A stretch of DNA of 56,506 nucleotides, counting the filler, from Sphacelaria rigidula (lineage: Eukaryota), in assembly GCA_964200075.2 (NCBI GenBank). It is 5 parts of 5 records of this genome, joined end to end, with 100 filler letters (N's around TTAATTAATTAA, not from the genome) between each part and the next. Parts side by side here need not be neighbours in the genome. Positions count along the whole stretch, not along the records: positions 1 to 11,222 come from CAXNAA020005215.1; 4 more parts are not named here. One strand, given 5' to 3'. Positions 1 to 11,322 of this stretch are shown one piece after another. How positions within the stretch are numbered: the first letter of the stretch is position 1; every line of letters begins with the position of its first letter. Made by a program: the position numbers and the translations under genes. A model generated the notes under the pieces. The model made no database searches. It saw only the letters and a program-made list of their open reading frames with translations, and was not told the DNA's origin.

Positions 1-130
1 CGTTTTCGTTTAAATCAGCGTCACAGGCATCGATTTGGGGTCTACCAAGGCCGCACTTTGCCTAGGGAATGTATGTTCCGCCCTTGCCCGAGGGTTCTCG
101 GTATGCGTTGGGTTGGGGTTAGGGTTTCAG
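1..130 (+). repeat. Dispersed repeat with telomere-like end (partial copy)
   Basis: Aligns by eye to 10310-10445 (tcgatttg...ctttgcctaggg...cccgaggg.tctcggtatg...ggggttagggtt). Confidence 0.75.
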
Positions 131-1715
131 GGGCTATTTTAAATTGTGTCAACCATTTTAAAGCGTAGCCTAGCGACGGTTACGTAGCCTCTTATTATGC
201 TGCACGTCAGCGTGTCGTGCAACAACTTGAAAGGTGCATGAGACCGTCTTTCGAATAAATTGTTTCCCTCTCATTCTCATCTGCAACTCTCAATCTCACG
301 AAAATACTGTTTTTTGTGCGTCGCTCGTGAACAATGTGCCCTCAATGCTAGCTACACGTCGATACCCAATCATATTTTCAGGGATATCAGACGCTTCATA
401 GGCAAGCTACTACAGAAAAGCGTGTAAGGCCTGCAGGGGTATTCCGGCAGTGAAATTGTCCCGGGCATTAACTAATCTACCATTTTTGGGAACCTGGAGT
501 TCTGAATTTCTAATGATTGACTGTCCCAAGTCAATGAAAATATGTATTGGGTTCATTTGACGGCTGAAAGCTTTTACTTTAGCCACTTATCAGCTGACTT
601 GGCAAAGTACTCCTCAAAGAACACCAGTGGATTAATGGATTGGGATTTCCGCTCATAATGGGTTCTCATCCTCAATCAAGTACTAGACCCTCAATTTGAC
701 GGAAATATTCTGACAGGTGGGTAGCTGTACGGATGATGCCGATTTCGCTTTGATATTTCGCTCTTACTGTTATCGCGGGTGGCACGAGGTGTGTACATTG
801 AGCTCCAGACCACGGGGGTGCAGATCTCAGCAGACACTGACACCTACTGTTGTCAGTAACTACTTGGCTTACGGCTTGTATTCGGGGGTTAATCCGGATG
901 ATGAGGGAAAATAGGGGAAATCATACTTTGATGGATGTATTACAACGTGATCCAGACGTGGACGCTCAGGTGCGCACCCCATTCAACTACCACCACCCAC
1001 GCAGACAGGATGCACTTAATATGTAGACCACATCGGCCGCCATTAAACTCCAGAGAGACTGCATTCCGAGGCACCTCCCATCCTTTCCTCTGCTTGGACA
1101 GCATACAGCATACTTATACACATTAATCCCCAATGTACATCATGTATATGACGCTTGTGAGCATTTTCCGTCGTGAGCTCGTCTCGTACAACACTAATCT
1201 CGAAAACATACCAGACTCGCAGCACGCACACCTAAGAACACCCTAGGATATACGGTATGAATATCTACTTCTCTGAGCTCCGACAGTGCCAGGGAATATT
1301 TCACAGCAGTGCCTACAAAAATTACGTTGCATACTATCACAATCACGAGCCGCAGAACTTCGACGCGGGGAGCCCAACTGAAGATGACACAATTAACTTG
1401 CACGACGCGATTTTCGCCACAACATGAAAAAACCGCAACTTCGCCGCAGCACTTTGACTACATGGTAACGCTACAACGCTGTGTACTGCACTCGTGTTTG
1501 ATCCGCTATTTCTCCGAGAACCGTCGATCCGTCCAATATTCTTGACGCCCACATCAACATGCTTTGTTCACGTCAAATTTCACTACCTTTCACTACTATA
1601 CCCAAATAACCCCAGACACGAGGACAGTAGCTAAACTTGACATGGGGTGTCCAGCCTTCGAGCATACGCTACATAATACAAGGCCGTTATATAATACAAG
1701 GCCACCATGCTCTAT

Positions 1716-2221
1716 ACTGCCTCTGCACAGACGCTTCATGACAACAAAACCGATGCATCCCCAAGAACCATTCTTTGTACTTATTTCAGGTCCATCGATC
1801 CAGCTGATGTTTGATATTTGCGCACACGCTGCCCTACCCAACACACACGCAACACTTTACGATCAACACCAAAAACACATACGAGTAACGCGCACACAAT
1901 TCTTTCTTGTTGGCCGTGGAGTCAATTGTGCGGTTCGAAACCTGGTTCACCCGCACTAAGAACCACAAGGCATACCTGCCCCTGCACAAGCGCTACATGA
2001 CGACAAAACCGATGCACCCCCAAGAATCATACTTGGTACTTATTACATCGCCCCAGCTGGTGTTCGATATTTGCACACACGCTGCCCTACCCAACACACC
2101 CGCAACAGTTTACAACGAACACCAAAAACACCTAACGCGCACACAAATCTTCCTTGCTGGCCATGGAGTTGATTGTGCGGCTCGAAACCTGATTCACCCG
2201 CACTAAGAACCGTAAGGCATA
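1716..2221. repeat. Diverged tandem duplication, unit about 250-260 bp
   Basis: catgac.acaaaaccgatgca.ccccaagaa...tcacccgcactaagaacc..aaggcata occurs twice back to back. Confidence 0.9.
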
Positions 2222-3444
2222 CCACACTACTAATACTCACAGCCGACCAATCCATGCACCGACACAAACTACGCACTTTTTAATTGTTTCATATTGATTC
2301 ACGTTAGTCCCGCTATACTACCATAAAAAATCGAAGCGTTGCCTACACAAAGCAACATTTGAATCCATCCCGCGCAAGCTCTTTCGACAAACTTGGATCG
2401 GGGGATCATCGAAGGCGATCTGCGATCGGGGACATTCGCATGAAAAACTCACGGACACACAAAAGATCAAATGGACTGCTACGTGTGCTGTGGTTAACGG
2501 GTTACAGTGTTACCTCGAAGAACGAACGCAATTTCGGAACATTCTCATCGTCAAATGATAACTACGTCACCACTATACACAAATAGCGCATCAAAAACTG
2601 GAGCTTCGAAGGGACCAAAATGTTTTTCAAAAATCCACCAGTCGCTGGTAGAATATTGAGAATATTACAAGAAGACAGCGAATAATTATACCTGTGAAGC
2701 CATCTCATGCTCACTGCATTTGTTGCCTTGACAGTGCAGCTATAGATGTTTCAGTTGTGGTTGTCTCTTAACCCGTCACAAACTACAGTACTTGCTTCCA
2801 TGGTAGCATCACAAAGCATCCGGGCCCAACTGGAGTTCGTCCACGATACAGCCGATACACGAAAAAGACGCAGAAAACACACTAAATAACACAACCATCT
2901 CCACAAGGTTGCCCTCAAACTGCGACTGCTGGGCGCAGCTGACATTCGCAACCCATCACCACACCCAACCCTGCTGCTGTACAAGTGTAGGTGAACCGCC
3001 CTGTGATGCGAATAGCAAAGAGAGGAAGAAGCTGCAGCACCGGAAAACTCCATGCTGCGTCACTGATTGAGTGATTGAATGATCAATTTGATATAACTCA
3101 CTGTCTTCGATCGACTGGTCCTTGTCGATCTCAGCTGTGGTCATGGTGTACACCCGTAGTCGTAACTCATGACCAGAAACACTCGCTGAAGAAAACTCAA
3201 GCAAGTAGTCAACATACAGCTTCCCCTGTATTGGTCAACATGTTGGCAACCGCTATCGTACAGTCTGCGGCAAGAGCAGAGAGAAGAACTCCAAACTTTA
3301 CAGGCAAGACAAAAGTAAATAACGAGCCGCCACCAATACAAAATAATCAACCGAGGACCTTTCCATCGATAATTCCCCTCCCATTTTTGGTTATCCATGA
3401 TAGCATGCTGCGGCAGAGGCTCACTCATTGAGAAGTTGCATGAT

Positions 3445-3674
3445 CCCTCTCCTGAATACTAATGGCGGAATACGCGCCGTTTACGAACGATCCCACCCCG
3501 CCCTTACCTACAGGTCAGTGGACATTATCTGCGGCGATGAAACGCCAAGACGTTGCAGCCCTCTCCTGAATACTAATGGCGAAATACGCGCCGTTTACGA
3601 ACGATCCCACCCCGCCCTTACCTACAGTTCAGTGGACATTATCTGCGGCGATGAAACGCCAAGACGTTGCAGCC
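3445..3674. repeat. 114-bp tandem duplication overlapping the RHBDD1 stop codon
   Basis: Units start at 3445 and 3559; I see only two substitutions between them. Confidence 0.95.
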
Positions 3675-3929
3675 GACGTTGGCGAATGTCCCCATAATCA
3701 GTGGACCTGTCATCCTCGCATGTACCACCCCCACCGTTTCTCTGACTCGCAAGGACCACCTCATCCTCCTGCATGGCGGGAGCGGAAGGAGCCACGCGGA
3801 GGTCTTCCGTCAGCCCGCCCACCCCACCCAACCCGCCATTTGGGCGCCCGTTATCCTGTAGCGAACGCTCAATCGCCTCTTGTAAATTCTCCTCTTCCCG
3901 TGCCCGCGCCGCGCTGCTCGGCGGTGGAA
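3622..3929 (-). CDS. RHBDD1: RHBDD1 last coding exon (UIM + VBM)
   Basis: gtttcag|TT CCA CCG phase-1 acceptor matches the upstream donor; EEENLQEAIERSLQD and DIRQRRLQRL; ends in TAG. Confidence 0.85.
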
Positions 3930-6900
3930 CTGAAACAGTATTCGAATGACAGCGGCGGAGGGGATGCAGGGTGGTGAGGCAACCCAGCGCACTATACTGG
4001 TATATGTTTTGTTTCAATTGAATAAGGCAAAGTAATCTTCCAATATATTGTCAAGTATACCCCTTGAACTACTCTCGATCGACATGCTATATTTCGTAGG
4101 GTTGGGTGCTGAACCAGCACGTACTGCCAGTACATACACAACGCACGTACGTTCCACAAAGCGTCTCAAAAACCAGCGGAAACCCATCCAAATTACACCG
4201 CCAGGCTGCCTCAAAGGAGAGAACACACACCACACGAAACACACATAGCACATAGCAGGAGGCCAATAGAACGATGCAAAGGTTCTTCATGTCTGGTAAT
4301 CCGCCGGCAGCAGATCCCGGCGGTCGTGGTACCGCGTGGCCTGCTGCGTCAGGACCTGCACCCGCTGCGTCAGGAGATGCGGTGTTGATACACATTCAGG
4401 GCTGCTGTGTCGTTCGTTTTATTTTGTGCGAGAGGCTGTCCTATCATAAATAATGAAGGCTGTTCACGCCTTGTGCCGTCAAGGGCTACTATAGACCATC
4501 TGCTCTCTCCTTTTTTTATTCGGAAGTCCGAAGTAATCCGAAGTAATCCGAAGTAATCCGAAGTAGTCTGAAGTTGTTCAGACTACCGACACACCATACA
4601 CTCCAATTGCAACAAATCATGTGTAAGCCTTACCCCGATGCTGGAGTTAATGGCAATCGCAACATTTATGGCACATCTACTACTTTCTATATTCACACTC
4701 TTCTTGAGTTAAAAACAATTAACTTGGGCGTTGTACTAGACGTTGTCTCCGGAAATAGTGCCTCTTAGGTCAGTCAAAAACCACTCAGTTTTTAGGCTTC
4801 AGTAAAGCCAAATCGCGTAAAAAAGCGCCTCCAGCGGGGCACTCCCGGGGCGCCTCCCTGGCCGGGCCCCCTCACCAGCCGGGAGGGAGGCGCTGGTCGA
4901 GGGGAATATTGACACCCATGCACGTCCTGAAAGAAGTCTTGTTCACACGGGAAAGTACATGAAAAGATGGCCATACCCAAAAGGGCATACCAACACCAAC
5001 CGTACGGCATCTCGCCGAAATCACGTTCGGCTCTATTATCGACGTGTTGAGTAGGGAATGGTATCGAAAAGAACGATCTTCTTTGCGGGGAAAACAAATT
5101 ACATGTCAAATAGGAGTGATGTTACAATACTTTCACATCCCTATCACCTTGGCGAGATGAAGACATCGACGTACCTCAAAAGTGTAAGGTTGATCCACAA
5201 CAAGCTACTGTGCATGCTAAAGAACACGCGACCGCCCCCGCGCCTCCCTGCCCCACCCGCCTACTGTGCTATTTCAACAGACCCAATCCTTACCTTTGGC
5301 ATCTCTAGCAGCACGAGTACTCGCAGCTGTGCCGCCGCTGGACGTGTAATTCGGCCCCCTCGACTGCCACCTGGCATCTCTGACAGCACGAGTACTCGCA
5401 GACGTACCGCGACTGGACGTGTAACTCGGCCCCCTCGACTGCCCCCCCGCATCTCTAGCAGCAGCAGAAGTCGATGCAGTGCCGCTAGAGTACGTATACT
5501 GCGGCTTCCTCGGCCCCCACGGGATGAAGTACCGAAGGAACGTCGCAATGATTGGTATTTCTACGTACATGATGCCAGCCACAATACCGCACAAATGGCC
5601 CAGGAAGGAGGACTCGGGGACAAGAAGGGCGATGAGCAAGAGCTCGAGCCAAGTGGCGTATCGTGTGTGCACTTGAAAGCCGTACACCTGAAATTACACG
5701 GAAGGTAAAAGAGAGAGACAGAGAGACAGAGACAGAGAGACAGAGATGTTCAAGTGCGGGAGGCGGGTAATGGGTGGTAGATGGCGGGGTTGTATCACAA
5801 CGATACAGTGGAACGATTCCCATTTTTTTGTTTTCCGTGTACAACAAAACAACTTGTAATCGCCGAAAAATATCCCGGATGCAGTAAAAATTTATTTTGT
5901 AAGTGACTTCGGCGTCAGGACGAGAGAAACTACGAATGAAACGGCCTGAAGATAATAGCATAAAAATCCAACGGCAACGGTTTTAAAAATCCGCCGGCCG
6001 CTGTCCAGCGTGAAAGTAAGACAATTTCCAAAGCTTAGTAGCTCCAAAACGTTTGTGCGGGAAGCCGTGGGGAGGCGGGGGTCAAGTATGAGTGTCTGTG
6101 CGTGTACGTTTGTTTGTGTGTGTGTTTATATACATTTCATGCTCTGAACAATAAACGGTTAATACTTCCAATCAGCCTAAACGTTTACGCGGTACGTTAT
6201 TCATCTATTGCACTACTGGCCATATGTTGTTGAAGGTATTATACATTTCGAACTGATACGGCCCCGAACGGAGCTACTCTTGTATGACAATTCCACACGT
6301 CAGGCAGCTCATGAGCTACAGTAACTTAGTATTACTTCTTATTAGACCGTTTCTTCCTGTTCGTATTTTGGGGGGGTCGTGTTTTCCACTTGTGGAACAT
6401 TTCACACTACTTTTGGCCCCAGACAGGGCAAATCACCATCACATGTCTTGGATACTTTGCATCATCCCACCGAGAGGAGTCTAGCCCATTTTTCAGATTC
6501 GCTCGGCTCCAAGGTTTCGAGGACGGCCTCTGGACAAGAGTACGGCTGGAAGCACAAAATGCGGTTGTCTACAGGTATTTCAACACTTTGCATCGCCCAC
6601 CGAGAGGAGTCTTGCACTTTTCAGATTCGCTCGGCTCCGAGGTTTCGAAAACGGTACCCTGACAAAAAATTGATTAAAGAAAAATGCGGTGTCTGCGGGT
6701 ATTCCCACGTCAAAATTCCCGCAGACACCTCATTTTTTTTCTAGTCGTATTTTGTCCAAAGGCTGTTCCCAAAACCTCGGAGCCCAGCGAATCTGGAAAG
6801 TGGGCTAGACTCCTCTCGGTGGGATCATGGAATATCGTCAACTAAAAAAGCATAGATCATAGGGACTTGTGTGCATCGGTGGGGGGCCCCAATCTACTCA

Positions 6901-7375
6901 CACATCATCAAAGCTGGAATCGCTCACAGCTACAAGACTATAATACAGTACAGTATAATACAGCATAATACAAGGAAAGCCGACACAATCAAGAGACGGT
7001 ATGATGGTTTGCGCGAGAGGCGGCGGGGGATATATTGCTGTCCCGCCACCGGCATTTCTCACTTCCGTTACGCCAGGAGATCGCCTCGCCGCGACATACT
7101 TGAGCGCGAACAGCACCCCAGAAAATCCCACCGTACACGCGTTCATGGGCCCATCTGCTCCAAACATGATCACGAGAGCATAGGATGAGAGCAGCAACAG
7201 GGTCTGAGAGGCCACGGTGCAGTACGCTAGCAGGCCCACGTAGTCATGGAGGTTCATCGTAAGCTCCAGAGTGACTCCTTTCCAGAGGAAGGAGATCATG
7301 TTGTAGACGAGGTGCAAGTCGTCGACATGAAAGAAGGGTGACAAGAAGAATCGCTTCATGTCCAATGATCCAGTC
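3622..7375 (-). CDS. RHBDD1: Rhomboid intramembrane serine protease, RHBDD1/RHBDL4 type; 5'-partial, join(7375-7063, 5687-5294, 3929-3622)
   Basis: Three exons with canonical AG/GT boundaries and compatible phases (0 then 1). Motifs: HVDDLHLVYN (HxxxxHxxxN), catalytic GFSG, catalytic His in SFLGHLCG, C-terminal UIM-like EEENLQEAIERSLQD and VBM-like DIRQRRLQRL; stop TAG at 3624-3622. I could not find the first exon(s) within this block. Confidence 0.9.
4528..4574. repeat. 10-bp minisatellite (CCGAAGTAAT)n, intronic
   Basis: About 4.5 contiguous units. Confidence 0.95.
5294..5687 (-). CDS. RHBDD1: RHBDD1 exon (TM5-TM6 with catalytic His, repeat linker)
   Basis: atttcag|GTG TAC ... GCC AAA G|gtaagg; VYGFQVHTRYATWLELLLIALLVPESSFLGHLCGIVAG; a pyrimidine (TC-type) microsatellite precedes the acceptor. 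Confidence 0.9.
6460..6830. repeat. Intronic MITE-like repeat with two direct modules and one inverted module of about 60 bp
   Basis: cccaccgagaggagtct...tttcagattcgctcggctcc at ~6465 and ~6596; reverse complement at ~6770-6826. Confidence 0.75.
7063..7375 (-). CDS. RHBDD1: RHBDD1 exon (L1 loop to catalytic GFSG)
   Basis: ccgccag|G ACT GGA ... ACG GAA|gtgaga; translates TGSLDMKRFFLSPFFHVDDLHLVYNMISFLWKG...VGFSGVLFALK...SPGVTE. Confidence 0.9.
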
Positions 7376-8514
7376 CTGGCGGGAATCGAAGCAAACAAGC
7401 ATGGGAAACGTCGGTCACAAATGGAGGCGAGCAGCAAGAGGGTTGGATGGGTGCACACCCGCACCCTATCGATTATTTATCGATATATTTACTCACATAT
7501 TCTAACGCCTTAAACGGTGAACAGTTGATGTTATTCCTTCGCCTATACTGAAGCAACCGAGCGCTGCATGTGTCTAAAAACTCGTAAGATGGCGTGGGCC
7601 CGTCCTCTCAGCATGCAGGTTTCATGAATTCTTCACTTTCGCTTCATTTCAAGACACGGTTCTGCGCGCTTCATAGTGTGACCTGCTCAACTTTCAACTC
7701 AGTTTGATGTCACTCTGTTTCGGGTCTGAGAGTTGGTAGTTTCATCAAGCCCATAAAATGTTCCCGCGCAAGCACGATCGTGGAACCCCAATCCCCAGGG
7801 AGAAAAAACGCCTTCAAATGCGCAAATATCCCATTTTCGTATGGTTCGTGTTCAAGTACCACAGAGAGTTTAGAGAATTGGACTGAACGCACTACAATAG
7901 TGTAGCCAGTATACTCCACACATCAATATGTCGCGAGAAAAATCGTGGTTGATTCAACCATGGTTTCTAAATTTTGGTGCATATACCGGCAACTCAAATA
8001 TTTCGGGAGTTTGGCACTGTTATGGGTCTGAATGGGGGGCCTCACGACCAAAAAAACGCTCCCCGGAAAAAATGAAAAAAAATACGGAGGAATATTGAAC
8101 ACGTCATCAGGTGGTCGCACCTCTGCCGAGCAGAACACGAACGGGACACACCCTTCGTCCCTCACTACCTCCATCTAGTATGCGACCGCCGTAGCACTTT
8201 TCATCGCGACTTCCTCGACAAAGGAAGCAACCTGACCCGCGGCACTTCACAGCCTCCCGCATACACACAGCAGCTAGGTCAAGTCGTTGCTGCTCAATTC
8301 GCTACAGCGGACCCGAAAAGCCCCAAAAACTGGAATACGGAAAAACTTATTTTTGTACATTTTGGTTTGGTGCGGCTTCGTATCAAACACAAAGGCAATC
8401 GCGTAACGACGCGACCTAGATTGGGTGTATGGGAAGCGCACGCAACAAACCGCAGTACGAACGAGGCGACCTGTAGGGCGAATATCTATGCTTGATTTTT
8501 TCGAACAAACTGAC

Positions 8515-8730
8515 ACTAACAACTAACCAAAAACCCCGACCCGAGGCGTAAGAGACACTCGGGCGAAGGGGGTGAGTGGGTTCCCCTAGGCAAAGTGTGC
8601 GTTGGCAGACCTCAAATCGACGCCGCAGGCGCCCATTTGGACGAAAACACGTTCTGGACAAGCTGGGTTCACTGCTCATCTACACCAGACAATTAAATTT
8701 CTGAGAACTTTCTCCACTCTAAAGTCAAGT
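8515..8730 (-). repeat. Dispersed repeat with telomere-like end (inverted copy)
   Basis: Reverse complement of 10205-10445 (aaaacacgttctggac.agctggg..cactgctcatct); outer end ctaacaactaacc. Confidence 0.8.
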
Positions 8731-10204
8731 ACTCATCCTGTCAACTATAGATTTTCGCCCAAAGCTGTAGGTCTACTGGTCCAATCCTCCAATTCCTCGC
8801 CAAGATAACCGCGTTGAGAGGTGGGCACAACAACATACTGCGACAAAAGGGGCACAACAACAACACGAGCAGCAGCTTGTATCCTCCTGTTGTTGTGACC
8901 CTGTCTACAGATGTACAGTCACGTCGGTCACAGGGTTGTTCTAGGATATACTACAATAAATAGTGCATTCTTATGAGCGTGGTCGTTATTTCGAGGTGAC
9001 GCGCGTACTTGTGATTTATACTGATTGGCCCATCTAGGCTTCATTTCTTCCGTGTACAGTGGTCGGTGCGCACTCTCCCGAAACATAGTACCTAAAATCG
9101 GTCCCCACTCCCACCTATACCTGTCTCAACCACTCGTCAACGTGCCCAGCACCCGTACGCGTTTGCCCTCAAATCTGCACCCTAGACACCACTTGAGCTA
9201 TGGCAACGCATCCTTTGCCCAGGGCACCCTGCGCATCCTGTGCCCCCCTCTTGGCCCACGGTTATCGTTCAGCTCAACCCACCTCAGTGCAGCGGTTGAA
9301 AAATTGTCACGTACTGTATGGTATATAGCGGGGCGGTACCACGTTTCTCGAAAATGCAACCCCCCCGCCGCGTGAAACGAACTTGCTTCGTTTATCGGAA
9401 ATATCACAACGATACAAGATATTTACGACCAAGAATTCGGTGGCGTGGGAAATGGAAAAATGATCGAAAAAATCATGGCCAAAAAAAACATAATAGCGAC
9501 GACATATCCTGACACCTGCAGTGTTTCATTTTCACGTACGACGTCCCTGTCCGCCCGACGATAAAAACAGAACACATCTTGTAAAAACAGAACATATCTT
9601 GTTCTGTAGGGGTACAGTTTGTTGTATACCCTAGGTTTTTACCCGAAAATTACACATACCCGATGGGTTCTGTAGATTCCGCAAGTTTTTCATCCCGATG
9701 CTCGGCACTTCTGTGAGATCTGTACGAAAATTTCACCCCTCGGCCACTTCCTGTGTATCAAAACATGAGCCTTTTTCAAAAGTGTATTTTTGACCGTTCT
9801 CGATCGTTCTTCGCCCGAAAAGAGGGCTAAGCGAGTCTTGACACCTTGGAATTACTTGTCTGGTCCCTCATATGCTGCCAGCATAGCTTCACACTGTCCA
9901 TAGTGTTGTGGAACACAGAGTAGAGGCATCAGCAACATGCAGTACATGGTGTTCAGTGGAGAGCGATGGCATGCTGACTCTCGTATGACCACCAGAGAAA
10001 TACCACACACATACTGACGCTGCATGCTGTCCATTGCAAGGTCAAAACCGTTCAGGGGTTCTCCGGAACAATTTCACACGTCGAACAGATCATTACCTGT
10101 GCCACCCGGGTCATACGGGTAGAGTGTAAAAACATTGTTATAGTGTATACGATTCGAGTGACACAGGGGCAGTAGAGCTGAGGATTTGTACGTCAGGAAT
10201 GGTT

Positions 10205-10445
10205 GGTACTCGATTTTACTTGATTTTAGACTAAACAAAGTTCTAAGAAAATTCATGGTCTGCGACAGATGAGCAGTGGACCCAGCTCGTCCAGAACGTG
10301 TTTTGTTCCAAAATCGGCTGAAAGGCGTCGATTTGAGCTCTGGCAACGCACACTTCGCCTTGGGGACACTCTGCACCCCCTCGCCCGAGGGCTCTCGGTA
10401 TGTTTTGGTCGGGGTTGGGGTTAGCGTTAGCGTTAGGGTTAGCGA
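10205..10445 (+). repeat. Dispersed repeat ending in TTGGGG/TTAGCG/TTAGGG hexamers
   Basis: Homologous to 1-130, 8515-8730 and ~46900-47075; ends ggggttggggttagcgttagcgttagggttagcg. Confidence 0.8.
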
Positions 10446-11222
10446 CATCTCCATAGTACCAACCATTGTTTACGTACAAATCCTCAGGTCGCCTCCACAC
10501 GGGTGCGAAACGCTCACAAAACGTGTGGGAAATTTCTCCCCAAAAGTGTCCTGGCTCTTCCTGATGGACAATTCAAGCTAGCCAGTCAAAAACAAAGGAT
10601 CCCTCCGGTCGGTTCCAAGAGAACCGCAGAAGGCCTTCTGCGCACAGTACACAAACTGCCGCAGGTGCATTGCTCATGGTCGTACTGATGGTTCAGTTTC
10701 AAGTAAAGATTTTTACGAGGCAGATGACCTACCCTGGGGGTGACTATAGACAAACCCGAATTAAAACAGAGTACAACAGAAACAGTAGTAGAATGCAGTA
10801 CAAAAGCTGTGTGGCACAGTGCAGTGTTGTTTCATCTCTCCCCCCGCTGCTTTCCTTCCCTTCTTCTATGGGCACCACCAATGATCAGTTACGCGGAACC
10901 TTTCAAAAGCGTTGAACCTGTGAGCCTCTACGGTGGGTCATTTGGGTCTTGCGTTCATATTTCGAGTCAAAACCATGCTAATGCACAACACATGACTCGC
11001 CCTGAAGGTGGTTGTATATAGGGCAATCGCCAAAAACCGGTATACCGACGGTATTTTCGCCAATATCCGGTATAGCTCACACCCCCCTTCAGAAAAGCTA
11101 CTGATGCCGCCGCCTGATTGCCCACATCCCGCCGCGTGCGCATTCTGGCGAAAACACACACGGTATACATGTTTTGGGAAACTTAGTTTGGCTTTCACCG
11201 GTTTTTGGCGATCGAGACGGTA

Positions 11223-11322
11223 NNNNNNNNNNNNNNNNNNNNNNNNNNNNNNNNNNNNNNNNNNNNTTAATTAATTAANNNNNNNNNNNNNNNNNNNNNN
11301 NNNNNNNNNNNNNNNNNNNNNN
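11223..11322. other. Artificial contig spacer N44-TTAATTAATTAA-N44
   Basis: Exactly 100 bp, six-frame stop linker; identical spacers recur three more times. Confidence 0.98.

Noticed and set aside
4087..4410. GC-rich ORF in the RHBDD1 intron as an extra exon
   Set aside because: The phase-compatible reading from the nearby acceptor stops after ~11 codons, and the flanking exons already join in phase to give UIM and VBM.
4528..4574. Short regular repeats as a CRISPR array (also 34490-34972)
   Set aside because: Units are contiguous with no unique spacers, there are no cas genes, and the context is eukaryotic.
5058..5708. 216-aa plus-strand ORF
   Set aside because: Antisense shadow of the rhomboid exon and its repeats.
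11267..11278. TTAATTAATTAA as a biological motif
   Set aside because: Synthetic six-frame stop linker centred in every 100-bp gap.
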